The notes: generated by a model from the letters alone, not told the origin. Shown: positions 17,650 to 28,316, numbered from the stretch's first letter. The stretch: DNA of 64,000 nt from Acetomicrobium hydrogeniformans (GCA_016841745.1 JAENYO010000007.1:9408-73407); one strand, 5' to 3'. Translations and numbers: made by a program.

Positions 17650-18648
17650 CTATCCTCTCTGCAGTTTTAATATATCTTTTTCGATGCTGAGTATTTCCTG
17701 TTTCTGAAGGTCAGTAAGATTATCCATGACACTTTTTCTGAAGTCCATGGAATTTTCTTCCCTGTTTTTCTTCCTATCTGCTGTCAGTTCTGTCCAGCCT
17801 ATCTTTCTCCGGTTAAAATAAAGATCGAAGTCAACAAAGCGTTCCCCTTCTTCTGAATATTCAAGGCCCATGAGGGCTCTCTTAAGAACCTTTGGAGGAT
17901 AAAATGTAAGTATTTTCATGGTATAGACCCGAAGTGGCATCAGTATGTGTGCGTAATCCTTGCCCCACCCTTCTCCAATGGTCAGTCCCATCTCGCATGC
18001 TTCAAGGAAAAGCCTCAGGCGCCTGCAGTGAAGCAGATATCTTGAATAACTGTCATATATTCTTATTTCAACAAGATTCCATTCCTTTTCATTGAGACCT
18101 TCGTTAAAGTATGATACGGCTCGCCATTGGAGATGTCTTAAAAGAAGGTGAGGAGGCATGTTAATGTAGAGTATATCTTTGAAATGATCTTCCAGGTATA
18201 GATTCCTGTTAAGGGGTTTATCTGTGAAAAGAACGGCAATACCTTTATCCGAAGTATCATAAAGCAATTCATCAAGCTTACCCCGTACTCCGTTAAAATC
18301 GTTGCCGATCTGCTCAATAATTGGTTCAGGATTCCCGGTTACCCTGAAATGAATGGATCTGGGCAGGAGCCTTACAGTGATGTCTTCAGGAAGATCCGTG
18401 TGGCAATTGAACATGACCTGCATCATTTCTTCAGGAGACCTGTCTACGACAAAGGAGTAGTGGGAGTCCTCTGTTTTCCATGTGGTAGAAAGGAGAACAA
18501 CGGTCTGGTCGGGTTCTGACCTGTTCATGCTTTCCATGAGTCCATATTCCATTAAAGAGAAATTCTTCTTAAGCCATTCCGCAGTTGAGTCTATCTTGCT
18601 GGTCTTTAGAATAAGGCTTCTTGCTCCCTGACGAAGTAGAAAAAGCAA
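17650..18648 (-). CDS. hypothetical protein (332 aa), no family recognised
   Basis: Long ORF with a TTG start 8 nt after GGAG. It is convergent with the transporter gene and shares a hairpin at ~17616-17646. Coding-like composition. Confidence 0.5.
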   Translation of the reverse strand: MLFLLRQGARSLILKTSKIDSTAEWLKKNFSLMEYGLMESMNRSEPDQTVVLLSTTWKTEDSHYSFVVDRSPEEMMQVMFNCHTDLPEDITVRLLPRSIHFRVTGNPEPIIEQIGNDFNGVRGKLDELLYDTSDKGIAVLFTDKPLNRNLYLEDHFKDILYINMPPHLLLRHLQWRAVSYFNEGLNEKEWNLVEIRIYDSYSRYLLHCRRLRLFLEACEMGLTIGEGWGKDYAHILMPLRVYTMKILTFYPPKVLKRALMGLEYSEEGERFVDFDLYFNRRKIGWTELTADRKKNREENSMDFRKSVMDNLTDLQKQEILSIEKDILKLQRG

Positions 18649-18794
18649 GTCATCATCTCCTTGAGGTAATTATGTCATCGGGTATCGATTAAAACAACTG
18701 GATGTAAGATTTTTTCTTCCTGAACTTGATATAATTATCTTTCAGTTCTCCAGTGCACGTACATCCTAAACAGCATCTCAGGGAGTGAGACTTT

Positions 18795-19625
18795 ATGAAA
18801 TTCTGCAAAATACAGGGTAATGGAAATGACTTTATTGTGATAGAAAACTTTCAGTCCAGGCATACTTCTTCTCAGCTGTCAGAAATGGCCATGAAGATAT
18901 GCAGAAGACGTCAATCTCTTGGAGCTGACGGGATCCTGATCCTTGAAGGCTCTCAAAGGGCGGATTTTACCATGCGCCTTTTCAACAGCGACGGCTCCGA
19001 AGGAGAAATGTGCGGTAATGGAGCCAGGTGTATAGCCAGATATGCCTTTCAACAAGGAATAGCTCCGTCGGTAATGTCTTTTGAAACCCTCGCAGGAGTA
19101 ATGGGTGCAACGGTGGATGAACCTTATGTGACTCTCGATATGGGTCGGATAGATCTATCCGGGGCTGTATGGGAGGGGATAATTACAACCTGTAATGGCC
19201 GTGTAAAATATTCATTTCTCAATGTCGGTGTTCCCCATTGTGTTATTTGGACGGAAGATCTTAATGGCACTTCCAGGGAGTATCTTGTAACTCTTGGCCG
19301 ATCCATAAGGAATAACCAGGACCTCTTTCCCCAGGGTACGAATGTGAATTTTGCAGAACTCGCCGGTCCAGGAGATATTAATGTCACAACATATGAAAGA
19401 GGAGTGGAGGATCTTACAGAATCGTGTGGAACCGGTTCCACAGCAAGTGCTATAGTATCGTGTCATCTCTTTGGTTTAACCAGTCCCGTGAAAGTTCATA
19501 ATCCTGGTGGAATAAATGAAGTATTTCTCGATTTTCAGGCTGAAGAGAATTGCTGTAATGCCGGTCTGAAAGGGAAGACAGTTATCATAGCGAAGGGTGA
19601 TATCACACAGGAAGCCCTGGTGTGA
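18795..19625 (+). CDS. dapF: diaminopimelate epimerase
   Basis: N-terminal KIQGNGNDFIVIE, plus catalytic Cys motifs CGNGARC and SCGTGSTA. 276 aa. Confidence 0.9.
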   Translation: MKFCKIQGNGNDFIVIENFQSRHTSSQLSEMAMKICRRRQSLGADGILILEGSQRADFTMRLFNSDGSEGEMCGNGARCIARYAFQQGIAPSVMSFETLAGVMGATVDEPYVTLDMGRIDLSGAVWEGIITTCNGRVKYSFLNVGVPHCVIWTEDLNGTSREYLVTLGRSIRNNQDLFPQGTNVNFAELAGPGDINVTTYERGVEDLTESCGTGSTASAIVSCHLFGLTSPVKVHNPGGINEVFLDFQAEENCCNAGLKGKTVIIAKGDITQEALV

Positions 19626-19636
19626 TCCTTTAAAAG

Positions 19637-20098
19637 ATGCAGACCTTTTTGCCTTATGCTGATTTCAGAAGATCCGCTGCTGTACTTGATATAAAACGAC
19701 TTGGTAAACAGAGGGTTGAAGTTCTTCAGATCCTTAATTGTCTAGATCCCCTTTCTTCCCGTAAAGGCTGGAATAACCATCCTGCTGTAAAGATGTGGCG
19801 GGGTTATGAAACTGCCCTTATACTTTATGGTCTCGTTGTGTGTGATGCATGGATCAAAAAAGGATATAAAGACACATGTTACGAAAAAATATTATTAAAA
19901 CTTGGAACAGATATTTCCAGATCTGACCTTGAAAGATCATTCGTCAAAAGAAGTAGGTTTTTCCTTCCCTCATGGTTCGGCAATGAACCCTTTCATTCTT
20001 CCCATCGCTCGAATCTTCTTAGAAAAGACCCGGTCTGGTATGGTCAATTTGGATGGACCGAGCCTGATGATCTTCCATATCTATGGCCGGTGTCGTGA
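19637..20098 (+). CDS. conserved hypothetical protein (MQTFLPY...RLGKQRVE family)
   Basis: N-terminus MQTFLPYADFRRSAAVLDIKRLGKQRVEVLQIL and NHPAVKMWRGYE resemble a widespread small conserved family I recall only loosely. Function not asserted. Confidence 0.45.
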   Translation: MQTFLPYADFRRSAAVLDIKRLGKQRVEVLQILNCLDPLSSRKGWNNHPAVKMWRGYETALILYGLVVCDAWIKKGYKDTCYEKILLKLGTDISRSDLERSFVKRSRFFLPSWFGNEPFHSSHRSNLLRKDPVWYGQFGWTEPDDLPYLWPVS

Positions 20099-20203
20099 AA
20101 AAAGTTTCAATTTGCGAGATACCCGGGGGAGGTTTGTATATTTGAGTTCAAGTGATAAAATAGCAACATATAAATTACTTTAACACGTCAGGAAGGTGAT
20201 AAT

Positions 20204-23200
20204 ATGTCTATGAATAAACGAAATCTGTATATTATCTTTGCTTTGATCGCCATTGCAGGTTTTGCCCTGATCCTTTCAAGTGTTGACATAGGAGGGGATA
20301 TAGTAAGGGAACAGGCTCGAAAAGCCGTTAACCAGATGCTAAAGGCCGATCTGAAGATCGACAAAATTAAGGGAAATCCCTTTCGGGGTTACGCAATAAG
20401 TGGAGTAACACTTGTCAGAGATGGGGAAACTCTGCTTTCATCCCGCCAGATCTCGGTAAAGCCGAAGGTTCTCTCCCTTATTTCCAGGAAACCCAAACTA
20501 TCCCTGGTGAGGATAGAGGGCTTTGATTCAGATGTTGAAAAGATCAACAGAATAATCAACTTTCTGGAGCTTGAGGGGGGAGATGGAGAAAGCCCGCTTG
20601 AGAAGCTTGAGATAGCTGGCAGTACCGTCAGTTCTCCCTGGGCCATGGCAACAATAAGAAATGTTCTTCTGGATTTCACGGGCAGGCAGATCAGGAGTGA
20701 GATTGACCTCATGCTTGATGATCTTCCGGTCAAGGGCAGTGTGGAGATTCTAAAGAAAGGTAATGATCTGGATCTAGGCAAGCTGGATATTTCTGTTGGT
20801 CAGGGCAGAGTTAAAGCTGAGGGAAAGATCCTTCCCGGTCTGGATGTGCTGGGGCAGATAAGCGAACTGGATGTTGTGCAGGTTCTGGCTTTCTGGCCTG
20901 AAGGGGATGTTTCATCCTATGAAGGATCTTTATCAACATCCATTAAGGGCAGCGGGTCCTGGCAAAAACCGGATCTTACCGGTGAACTAACCTTCCAGGG
21001 TAAAAAACTTGCAGGTTTTCCGATCAGCGAAGCTTCTTCAAGATGGCGTTTCAGGGAAAACAGGCTTGATATAGCAGACCTTGTTGCCAATCCTCTGGGG
21101 ATTCCTCTGAAGGGGAATCTTGCCTTTGTGTTCAGAGATGCCGCTCCTGACATGCTTGTTGATCTTGAGGCTACTTCAGTAAATCTTACATCCCTCAAGG
21201 ATTTTTCTCCCCGGCTTGAGAGTATGGAAGGGACGATTGACAGGGTAAAGATTAAACTTCAAGGGAAGGTTTCCGCACCGGATGGTCAGATACAGATCCA
21301 GTCCCGTCAGCTCAAATTTATGGGATATTCCCTCGATAACTCCGATCTGGGTATAAATATCTCCAAGGGAAATATGCAGATCAAGGGTAAGAGTGAATAT
21401 GACAAGGCACCCCTTAATTTCTCGGGTTCTGTTGCTTCTTTTATGACCTCTCCTGTGGTTGATATCAGGGGTAACCTGAGGTCTTTTAATTTAAAAAGCC
21501 TTCAGCCCATAGTGCCTGTTCTGAAAGTGGTCCAGGCGGAAGGGATGCTGGACGGAGACTTGAGAATTTCGGGCAAAAGTGACAATCCAGAGATCTCGGG
21601 AAAGATCTGGTCCAGGAAGTTAATGGTGAAGAAAGAGGAATTTGCCAGTCCTTCAACTCTCTTCAGGTTCAGTAATGACACTCTGAGTTTTTCTGAAATT
21701 AAAGCTGGATGGAGAGGCGCTTCCCTTTCAGGGGGTGGAAAAATATCTGAACTTTCAACAAAATCAAGGGGAATAGATCTGGAGATCCGGTCAGACGGTA
21801 TGGATAGCAGTTTTTTTGAAAAGTTTGCCCCCATGGTATCCCAATACGACCTCAAGGGGAATATATCAGGTAAAGTCAGGCTTAAAGGCGTTCTTCCTGA
21901 TCCTGGTATAACGATAGATCTTTTTTCCAGTTCTCTTGGCATAATGAAACAGCACAGTTTCTCTAACCTGAGTTTAGTTACTTCATTGCCCCGGATTCCG
22001 AAAAAGACTCCGGAAGATCTTAAACTTTCTCTTTCCGCTTCTTCTGCCAGATTAGCCGAAGTTCCTGTAAAGGATATTATCCTTAACCTGGAGAAAAAAG
22101 GAAATGTCGTCAATATTAATGATAGTAAGGCTTTTATTGGTGGTGGCAGCCTGAATGCTTCGGGTTTGATTAATCTTGCATCAAAGGGCAAGGATCCTGA
22201 TCTGGATCTGATTATAAAGGCTTCTGCTATTGATCTGAAGGAAGTAACCTCCGCTATGAAGGATATTATGCTAATGGATGGTGTTATAACCGCAGAAGTC
22301 ACGGTTAAGGGGCCCCTTTCCGATCCATACTTTAAAGTTACAGGCAGTTCTTCATCCTTTGCTGCGACAGGTATGAAAATGCAGGATCTTTCTGCATCTC
22401 TTGCAGGGAATATGTCTCTTGTAAAGATAGAGAAACTACAGGCCAGGGCCGGTGGAGGTACTGTAGATATATCTGGCCAGTTGAAGCCCAAAGCCTCAAA
22501 TGCAGATCTTGTCATAAAAGGGTCGAAGCTGGACCTTTCGGTGCTTACAGCCGGGTTCCCCCAGGCAAAGGATTTTAACATTACAGGGGAAATAGATCTT
22601 GACTTTAAGGGGCATTTTGAAGAAGGCGGTAATTCCGGTTCTGGCAATCTCTCTTCTCCACAGATAGCTGGCATGGGTATCAAATTTACAGAAGTTGAAT
22701 ATCCCATATCCCTTGAAGGAAACATGCTAACCGCTACTGATGGTAGAGCTAACCTTTATGGTGGTTCTGTAAAAGGAGAAGGTTCTCTGGATATTGAGAA
22801 ATTTAAATTCAGGGAGAGCATTGATGTAACAGGAACCGATTTAGACAGTATGCTGAGGGATGCCTTTGGTCTCAAAGGCCATATTACGGGTAAAGCCCAG
22901 TTATTTGCCAAGGTTGAAGGTAACTTTGCCGGGGGACTTTCCTATAATGGCAATGGATTGTTAAAAGTGGGGGAAGGGGATATATCCGGTTTCAAGGGAA
23001 TAACTCTTGTAGCTGCCCTTCATGGTATGAAATCACTCCGTTACAGATCTGTATATGCCCCCTTTGATCTGGGAACCGGAAAACTGATCCTTAAAACAGA
23101 TACAGAGGTCAAAGCATTTGATGGAGACCCTCTTTACAGGTATCTTAAGGCGGAGGGACCAGTAGGCCCCGAATCCAGGCTGGACCTTTCATGTAAAGGG

Positions 23201-23584
23201 AATTTTAATATCCAGTTGCTTAATGTACTGCTTGGAGGGGCAACTGGTGGTTTTACTGCGGATAAATCCATAGAAGGTTTACTTAAAGGAGTTATACAGG
23301 GTGCTGGAGAGCAGACGGGCAAGAATGATTTCAGGGATGCTACTTTCAAGGTAGGTGGTACCTTCGCGAAGCCAAAGGTCTCTGCAGTGAAAGTCGAATC
23401 TCTTCCAAAGGCAGACTCTCAGCAGCAGGTGCAGAAGGAACAGTCTGTACCAACAGATATAATTCAGAAACCTCAGGAAGTTATGCCGGAACAGCCGCCT
23501 GTTCAGAGTCCTGACGTGCAAGATAAGAAGAATGTTCAAGAACAGATTAAAGATGAGATCCTTAAACAGATATTCAAGCAGTGA
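20204..23584 (+). CDS. giant AsmA/TamB-like envelope protein
   Basis: 1126 aa with a single N-terminal TM anchor. It has long repetitive beta-rich segments (GxIxGxVxLKG-type repeats) and a Q/P/K-rich tail. This architecture is typical of the AsmA-like lipid-transfer / outer-membrane biogenesis family. Confidence 0.6.
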   Translation: MSMNKRNLYIIFALIAIAGFALILSSVDIGGDIVREQARKAVNQMLKADLKIDKIKGNPFRGYAISGVTLVRDGETLLSSRQISVKPKVLSLISRKPKLSLVRIEGFDSDVEKINRIINFLELEGGDGESPLEKLEIAGSTVSSPWAMATIRNVLLDFTGRQIRSEIDLMLDDLPVKGSVEILKKGNDLDLGKLDISVGQGRVKAEGKILPGLDVLGQISELDVVQVLAFWPEGDVSSYEGSLSTSIKGSGSWQKPDLTGELTFQGKKLAGFPISEASSRWRFRENRLDIADLVANPLGIPLKGNLAFVFRDAAPDMLVDLEATSVNLTSLKDFSPRLESMEGTIDRVKIKLQGKVSAPDGQIQIQSRQLKFMGYSLDNSDLGINISKGNMQIKGKSEYDKAPLNFSGSVASFMTSPVVDIRGNLRSFNLKSLQPIVPVLKVVQAEGMLDGDLRISGKSDNPEISGKIWSRKLMVKKEEFASPSTLFRFSNDTLSFSEIKAGWRGASLSGGGKISELSTKSRGIDLEIRSDGMDSSFFEKFAPMVSQYDLKGNISGKVRLKGVLPDPGITIDLFSSSLGIMKQHSFSNLSLVTSLPRIPKKTPEDLKLSLSASSARLAEVPVKDIILNLEKKGNVVNINDSKAFIGGGSLNASGLINLASKGKDPDLDLIIKASAIDLKEVTSAMKDIMLMDGVITAEVTVKGPLSDPYFKVTGSSSSFAATGMKMQDLSASLAGNMSLVKIEKLQARAGGGTVDISGQLKPKASNADLVIKGSKLDLSVLTAGFPQAKDFNITGEIDLDFKGHFEEGGNSGSGNLSSPQIAGMGIKFTEVEYPISLEGNMLTATDGRANLYGGSVKGEGSLDIEKFKFRESIDVTGTDLDSMLRDAFGLKGHITGKAQLFAKVEGNFAGGLSYNGNGLLKVGEGDISGFKGITLVAALHGMKSLRYRSVYAPFDLGTGKLILKTDTEVKAFDGDPLYRYLKAEGPVGPESRLDLSCKGNFNIQLLNVLLGGATGGFTADKSIEGLLKGVIQGAGEQTGKNDFRDATFKVGGTFAKPKVSAVKVESLPKADSQQQVQKEQSVPTDIIQKPQEVMPEQPPVQSPDVQDKKNVQEQIKDEILKQIFKQ

Positions 23585-23588
23585 AAAT

Positions 23589-23642
23589 AGGAACGAAAGA
23601 AGAGGACCCTTCCTGCAGGAAGGGTCCTCTTCTTTCGTTCCT
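23589..23642. terminator. bidirectional terminator between convergent genes
   Basis: Perfect inverted repeat aggaacgaaagaagaggacccttcc / ggaagggtcctcttctttcgttcct around a 4-nt centre (TGCA). Confidence 0.7.
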
Positions 23643-23659
23643 GAAGGGCCGGTTATTTA

Positions 23660-24940
23660 TCAGCTTCCCTTTTCACCAACAAGGGATGGATCCAGGTCAC
23701 AACGCAACTTGATAGCCGGTTTTGATATAACTACTATTCCGGAGTCTTCATCAAGGTGGTATCTCTCCCTGTCATATTGCCTGTCATAACCTATTACGGT
23801 GTTTGCCGGGATCTCATTATTGGAATCTACAATTACTCTGCGAAGCTGACATCCCTCATTGATAATAACATCATGCCCTATAATGCATTCTTCCACCACT
23901 GATTTTGGATGGATTACGCAGTTTCTTGAAAGGACTGATCTGTGAACTACTGCCCCGAAGACACGACTTCCCTCAGAAGCAAGACTTCCCATAATAGAAC
24001 AGATCTGGCCCTTGACTGGATAGAAATATGAAGGCGGGTCGGCATAGGAAACGGTTCTTATGGGCCAATCCGGGTTGTATAAAGTCATTTTGGAATTATG
24101 CTGGAGAAGGTCCATGTGAGTTTGCCAGTAGGCCTTTAAGGTTCCCACATCTCTCCAGTATGGCTCATCTCTACCCGGCAACTGGTTTGCTGAAAAATCA
24201 TATGCAAAAATCCTGCATTTATCGTGCCATTTGGGGAAAATGTCTTTCCCAAAATCGTGGCTGCTTGAAGGATCATGGGCATCTCCGATAACTGTTCTTT
24301 CAAGTATCTCTCTTTCAAAAATATAATTTCCCATGGAAACGTAGCAAAAACCTGGTCTACCTGGTATTTCCGGAGGGTCAGCAGGTTTTTCAACGAAACC
24401 CGTAATTCGATCACTTTCATCTACAGCTATGCATCCGAACTGGGATGCCTCAGCTTTTGGAACAACATTGGCAGTTACGGTAATATCAGCTTCTTTTTCC
24501 ATGTGATAATCCAGGACTTGTCGAACATCCATTTTATATATGTGATCCGCTGCAAAAACACATAACCTGTCTGCATCGTATTTTGTAATAAGGTGTATGT
24601 TCTGAAAAACAGCATCGGCTGTTCCCTGAAACCAGTGTTCTCCACTCCACATCTGGGCTGGAGCAAGGGTTACAAAAAGATCCCTGCCCCTCATAGCACC
24701 GCCGAACTGCCAGCTGCGTTCGATGTGTTCCGTCAGGGACTGGCTTTTGAACTGAATAAGAACATAAACAGAATAAATTCCACTGTTGATAAGGTTTGAA
24801 AGGGCGAAATCAATTATCCTGTACTTGCCCGCAAAATGAACTGCAGGCTTTGCACGGTATTTTGTAAGAGGCATGAGCCTGGTACCTTTTCCTCCTGCCA
24901 GAACGATTCCAAGAACTCGTCCATGTCTTTTTGCCTTCAT
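23660..24940 (-). CDS. glgC: glucose-1-phosphate adenylyltransferase
   Basis: LAGGKGTRLMPLTKYRAKPAVHFAGKYRIIDFALSN signature. 426 aa. Confidence 0.95.
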   Translation of the reverse strand: MKAKRHGRVLGIVLAGGKGTRLMPLTKYRAKPAVHFAGKYRIIDFALSNLINSGIYSVYVLIQFKSQSLTEHIERSWQFGGAMRGRDLFVTLAPAQMWSGEHWFQGTADAVFQNIHLITKYDADRLCVFAADHIYKMDVRQVLDYHMEKEADITVTANVVPKAEASQFGCIAVDESDRITGFVEKPADPPEIPGRPGFCYVSMGNYIFEREILERTVIGDAHDPSSSHDFGKDIFPKWHDKCRIFAYDFSANQLPGRDEPYWRDVGTLKAYWQTHMDLLQHNSKMTLYNPDWPIRTVSYADPPSYFYPVKGQICSIMGSLASEGSRVFGAVVHRSVLSRNCVIHPKSVVEECIIGHDVIINEGCQLRRVIVDSNNEIPANTVIGYDRQYDRERYHLDEDSGIVVISKPAIKLRCDLDPSLVGEKGS

Positions 24941-24984
24941 ATTTCTCCCTCCAATCTGATCTTGCCGAAAATGTGTAATTGAGG

Positions 24985-26475
24985 TTACTTTCCCTCAATC
25001 TTCTGATTGTATATCCGGGAATAAACAGCCTGGTATTCGGGGGCTGAATGGTTCCAGGAAAAATCCATCTTCATTCCTCTATCCCTTATACTATTCCATC
25101 TATTCTTATTTTTAAAGGATTTAAAAGCCCTTTGAAGAGATGACAGCATTGCATGAGATGAAAATTCAGAAAAAACGAATCCAAAACCTTCACTATTACT
25201 GTCAGCATCAAGAACAGTATCGGCAAGGCCGCCAACAGACCTGACAACGGGGACTGTTCCGTACCTGAGGGAAATCAGCTGGGAAAGACCGCATGGTTCG
25301 AAGAGTGATGGCATCAGAAATATATCTCCTGCACCATAAACAAGATGTGCCAGAGGCTCATCATATCCTTTCACAAAAGAGACTTTATCAGGGTATTCCC
25401 TGGTCTTTTTGAAAAGAGCTTCTTCATACGTTTTTTCGCCGCTTCCTAGAATAAATATCCTGCCTCCCCAGTTGATGATCTGTTCAATGCCCTCGAGCAT
25501 CAGTTCTATTCCCTTCTGTTTGTAAAGTCTACCCACCATAGTGATCAGCGGACTGCAGTTTTTTTCCCAGCCTGTCTTTTCAAAAAGCGTTGATCGGCAG
25601 ACCATTTTCCCAGACATGTTCCCCCTGTCATAATTGGAAGGAAGAAAGCTGTCACTTGACGGATTCCAGTAATCTGTATCAAGACCATTAAGGATTCCGG
25701 AAACTTTTGAGATGTTTTGTTTTACGACCCCCTCAAGACCCATTCCCATGGATTTATGAGTTATCTCTGATGCGTAACGGGGACTGACGGTTGTTACTGC
25801 ATGAGATGCAATAATGGCTCCTTTCAGAAGGTTTACAGAGTTATAATACTCAAGGCCCTCCATGTGAAATGCTTTATTCAATCCCCATCCTTCAAGCACT
25901 TCCGGTTTGAGAATTCCCTGGTGGGCCAGATTATGGATAGTGAGAACCGTCCTGTATTGGTTCTGATAACAGCTGAAGTAGGGATGCCATTTCATTGCTA
26001 TAGGAACTATGGAAGTAGACCAGTCATGTAAATGAAATATATCCGGTGTCCATGGGATAGCATTGGAGATCTGAAATGCAGCGAAGGAAAGGAAGATAAA
26101 GGGTAGAGCAGTTGTCTGGTTCAATTCTCCAGGGTATATCCCGGGATCGTTGAAAATATCAGGGTTATCAAGGACATAAACAGGAGTAGTCCCATACTGT
26201 ATTTTCCAGAGCCTGGATGAGTAGACCCGCCAGTTGATTGAAAGGTCTATGTTGCGCCTGATCCTGGTAATTCTGTAATCCATTTTTTCTGCTTGTTCGA
26301 AAACACCTGGAAATGCAGGGATCAGTACCCTGGCATCGGTTCCAATTCTGTTAAGTGCTCCAGGGAGGGAAGATATAACATCAGCAAGTCCACCAATCTT
26401 TGAAAAAGGAGCCATTTCCGGAGCCACATGGAGGACTTTGAATCCTCCTTCTAAATGGTCAGACAAAAAGATCAC
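24985..26475 (-). CDS. glgA: glycogen synthase (GT5)
   Basis: KIGGLADV motif near the N-terminus and C-terminal PSLFEPCGLSQL. The start is uncertain (GTG 26475 or TTG 26466). Confidence 0.9.
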   Translation of the reverse strand: MIFLSDHLEGGFKVLHVAPEMAPFSKIGGLADVISSLPGALNRIGTDARVLIPAFPGVFEQAEKMDYRITRIRRNIDLSINWRVYSSRLWKIQYGTTPVYVLDNPDIFNDPGIYPGELNQTTALPFIFLSFAAFQISNAIPWTPDIFHLHDWSTSIVPIAMKWHPYFSCYQNQYRTVLTIHNLAHQGILKPEVLEGWGLNKAFHMEGLEYYNSVNLLKGAIIASHAVTTVSPRYASEITHKSMGMGLEGVVKQNISKVSGILNGLDTDYWNPSSDSFLPSNYDRGNMSGKMVCRSTLFEKTGWEKNCSPLITMVGRLYKQKGIELMLEGIEQIINWGGRIFILGSGEKTYEEALFKKTREYPDKVSFVKGYDEPLAHLVYGAGDIFLMPSLFEPCGLSQLISLRYGTVPVVRSVGGLADTVLDADSNSEGFGFVFSEFSSHAMLSSLQRAFKSFKNKNRWNSIRDRGMKMDFSWNHSAPEYQAVYSRIYNQKIEGK

Positions 26476-26507
26476 CTCTGTTCCGGATGGAAAGATCTTC
26501 TCTGATT

Positions 26508-28244
26508 TTACATCCCCAGGAATTCGATACCGTAGGCCTGTTCACAATATTCACGGACGACCCTGTGGGTGTTGAAATAACTGGCATTAAGGGCAATGAT
26601 ATTTTTCATCATCCCGATCCAGCCTTCCCTGTCTTTGTAATAAAGGGGGATAACCTTTTCTTCGAGCTTCCTGTAGAGGTCCTCTGCATCTTTTGTTTCA
26701 TCATAGCTTGACAGGAAATTTTCTACCGCCTCCGGTCCGATCGCCCATCCTGTTACTCCTTCGATACAACCTTCAATCCACCAGCCGTCCAGGATCGAAA
26801 AATTTGGGACCCCATTCAGGGCACATTTCATGCCGCTGGTTCCTGAGGCTTCCCTGGGTCTGCGGGGAGTATTAAGCCAGAGATCAACTCCCTGTGTCAA
26901 GAGCGCACCTGTTTCCATATCGTAATCTTCAAGGAAAACAAGGGGAATATTGTCTCCGAGAACCTCAGACAGGCCTATTATCTTCTGAATGATTCCCTTG
27001 CCACCTTCATCTCGGGGATGAGCTTTTCCTGCAAATACGAGCTGGATTTTTCCCGAGGCTATATCCAGTAGTTTGTGAAGGTCGGAAAAAATAAGATCAG
27101 CCCTCTTGTAAGGGGTGGCTCTTCTGCCGAAGCCTATGGTGAGGATATTTTCATCAAGCCTGATGTCCTGTGTATCCTTAATATATGAGATCAGTCTGGA
27201 TTTGGCTGACATATGAGCCTTCCATATCTTGTTACCGGATATATTGACGGACTGTACCATCCTGGCAGGTGCGTTTATCCAACCAGGAATGGATGAATCA
27301 AAGATGAGTTTCATTTCAGGGCTGATCCACGTTCCAGGGTGGACCCCGTTGGTTATTGAATGAATGTCCTCTTTTTGGAACATTTTTCTACTGACTTCGG
27401 CATGTTTTCTGGATACTCCATTAACAAAGGAGCAGTAGCGCATCCCCAATTCAGTCATGGAGACACCTTCCTGAGAAAGCATCTTTCTTAACTGGTTTAC
27501 AATGTTAACGCTCATTACCTTTTCAACCAGTTCGTATGAGAAGTGGTCATGTCCAGCCGGAACCGGCGTATGGGTAGTGAATACACCCCGTTCACGGATT
27601 TTCTGGAAATTTTCAAAACCCTCTTCCCGTAACATTTCCAAAACAAGGAATGCCGCATGGCCTTCATTAAGGTGAAATTTTCTAAGATTGTTAAATCCTA
27701 TGGAACGGAGCATTCTCAAGCCGCCAAGCCCCAGGATCAGTTCCTGACAGAGGCGATATCTTTCATCACCTCCATAGAGGCTGCCGGTAAGGGCTCGGTC
27801 CTTTGGATCATTTCCTTCAATATCAGTATCCAGGAAATAAACTGGTATGGTATAACCAGTATTTCCTGTGATTTCATGTACCCAGACCCTGATCATGATT
27901 TTCCTCTGTTCAAGGGTTATGATTATTTCATTGGGAAGGAGTTCCATCTCTTCAGAAGGATCCCATTCGGCAGGTTTTTCAACCTGCCGTCCATTTATAT
28001 CCAACTCCTGCGTAAAGTAGCCCTTTCTGTAGAGCAGGGTAACTCCCACCATGGGTACTGCCAGATCTGCGGCACTTTTCAAAATGTCTCCAGCCAGAAT
28101 CCCGAGTCCTCCTGCGTATGTGGGCATGTTTGCCTTGATTCCTATTTCCATTGAAAAATATGCAACGGTCCTGAAAATGGGATCAAAGTCCATGATACCC
28201 TTAAGCGATTTTGTCGTGTTAACACCACACTTCATAAGTGTCAT
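26508..28244 (-). CDS. glgP: alpha-glucan phosphorylase (GT35, short form)
   Basis: 578 aa with AYFSMEIG, GGLGILAGD and the PLP-lysine region EASGTSGMK. Confidence 0.85.
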   Translation of the reverse strand: MTLMKCGVNTTKSLKGIMDFDPIFRTVAYFSMEIGIKANMPTYAGGLGILAGDILKSAADLAVPMVGVTLLYRKGYFTQELDINGRQVEKPAEWDPSEEMELLPNEIIITLEQRKIMIRVWVHEITGNTGYTIPVYFLDTDIEGNDPKDRALTGSLYGGDERYRLCQELILGLGGLRMLRSIGFNNLRKFHLNEGHAAFLVLEMLREEGFENFQKIRERGVFTTHTPVPAGHDHFSYELVEKVMSVNIVNQLRKMLSQEGVSMTELGMRYCSFVNGVSRKHAEVSRKMFQKEDIHSITNGVHPGTWISPEMKLIFDSSIPGWINAPARMVQSVNISGNKIWKAHMSAKSRLISYIKDTQDIRLDENILTIGFGRRATPYKRADLIFSDLHKLLDIASGKIQLVFAGKAHPRDEGGKGIIQKIIGLSEVLGDNIPLVFLEDYDMETGALLTQGVDLWLNTPRRPREASGTSGMKCALNGVPNFSILDGWWIEGCIEGVTGWAIGPEAVENFLSSYDETKDAEDLYRKLEEKVIPLYYKDREGWIGMMKNIIALNASYFNTHRVVREYCEQAYGIEFLGM

Positions 28245-28316
28245 CCTCTACTACCTCCTGTTACCTTTTCTCTCCAGTATTCTCCTGTAGAAAAGCGTAA
28301 GATCCGATACTCCTGA

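Noticed and set aside
21502-22725. 407-aa ORF on the minus strand inside the TamB-like gene
   Set aside because: It is entirely antisense to a 1126-aa ORF with coherent architecture. Its translation is low-complexity (S/P/R/F-rich), with no RBS or recognisable motif. This is a typical shadow ORF.
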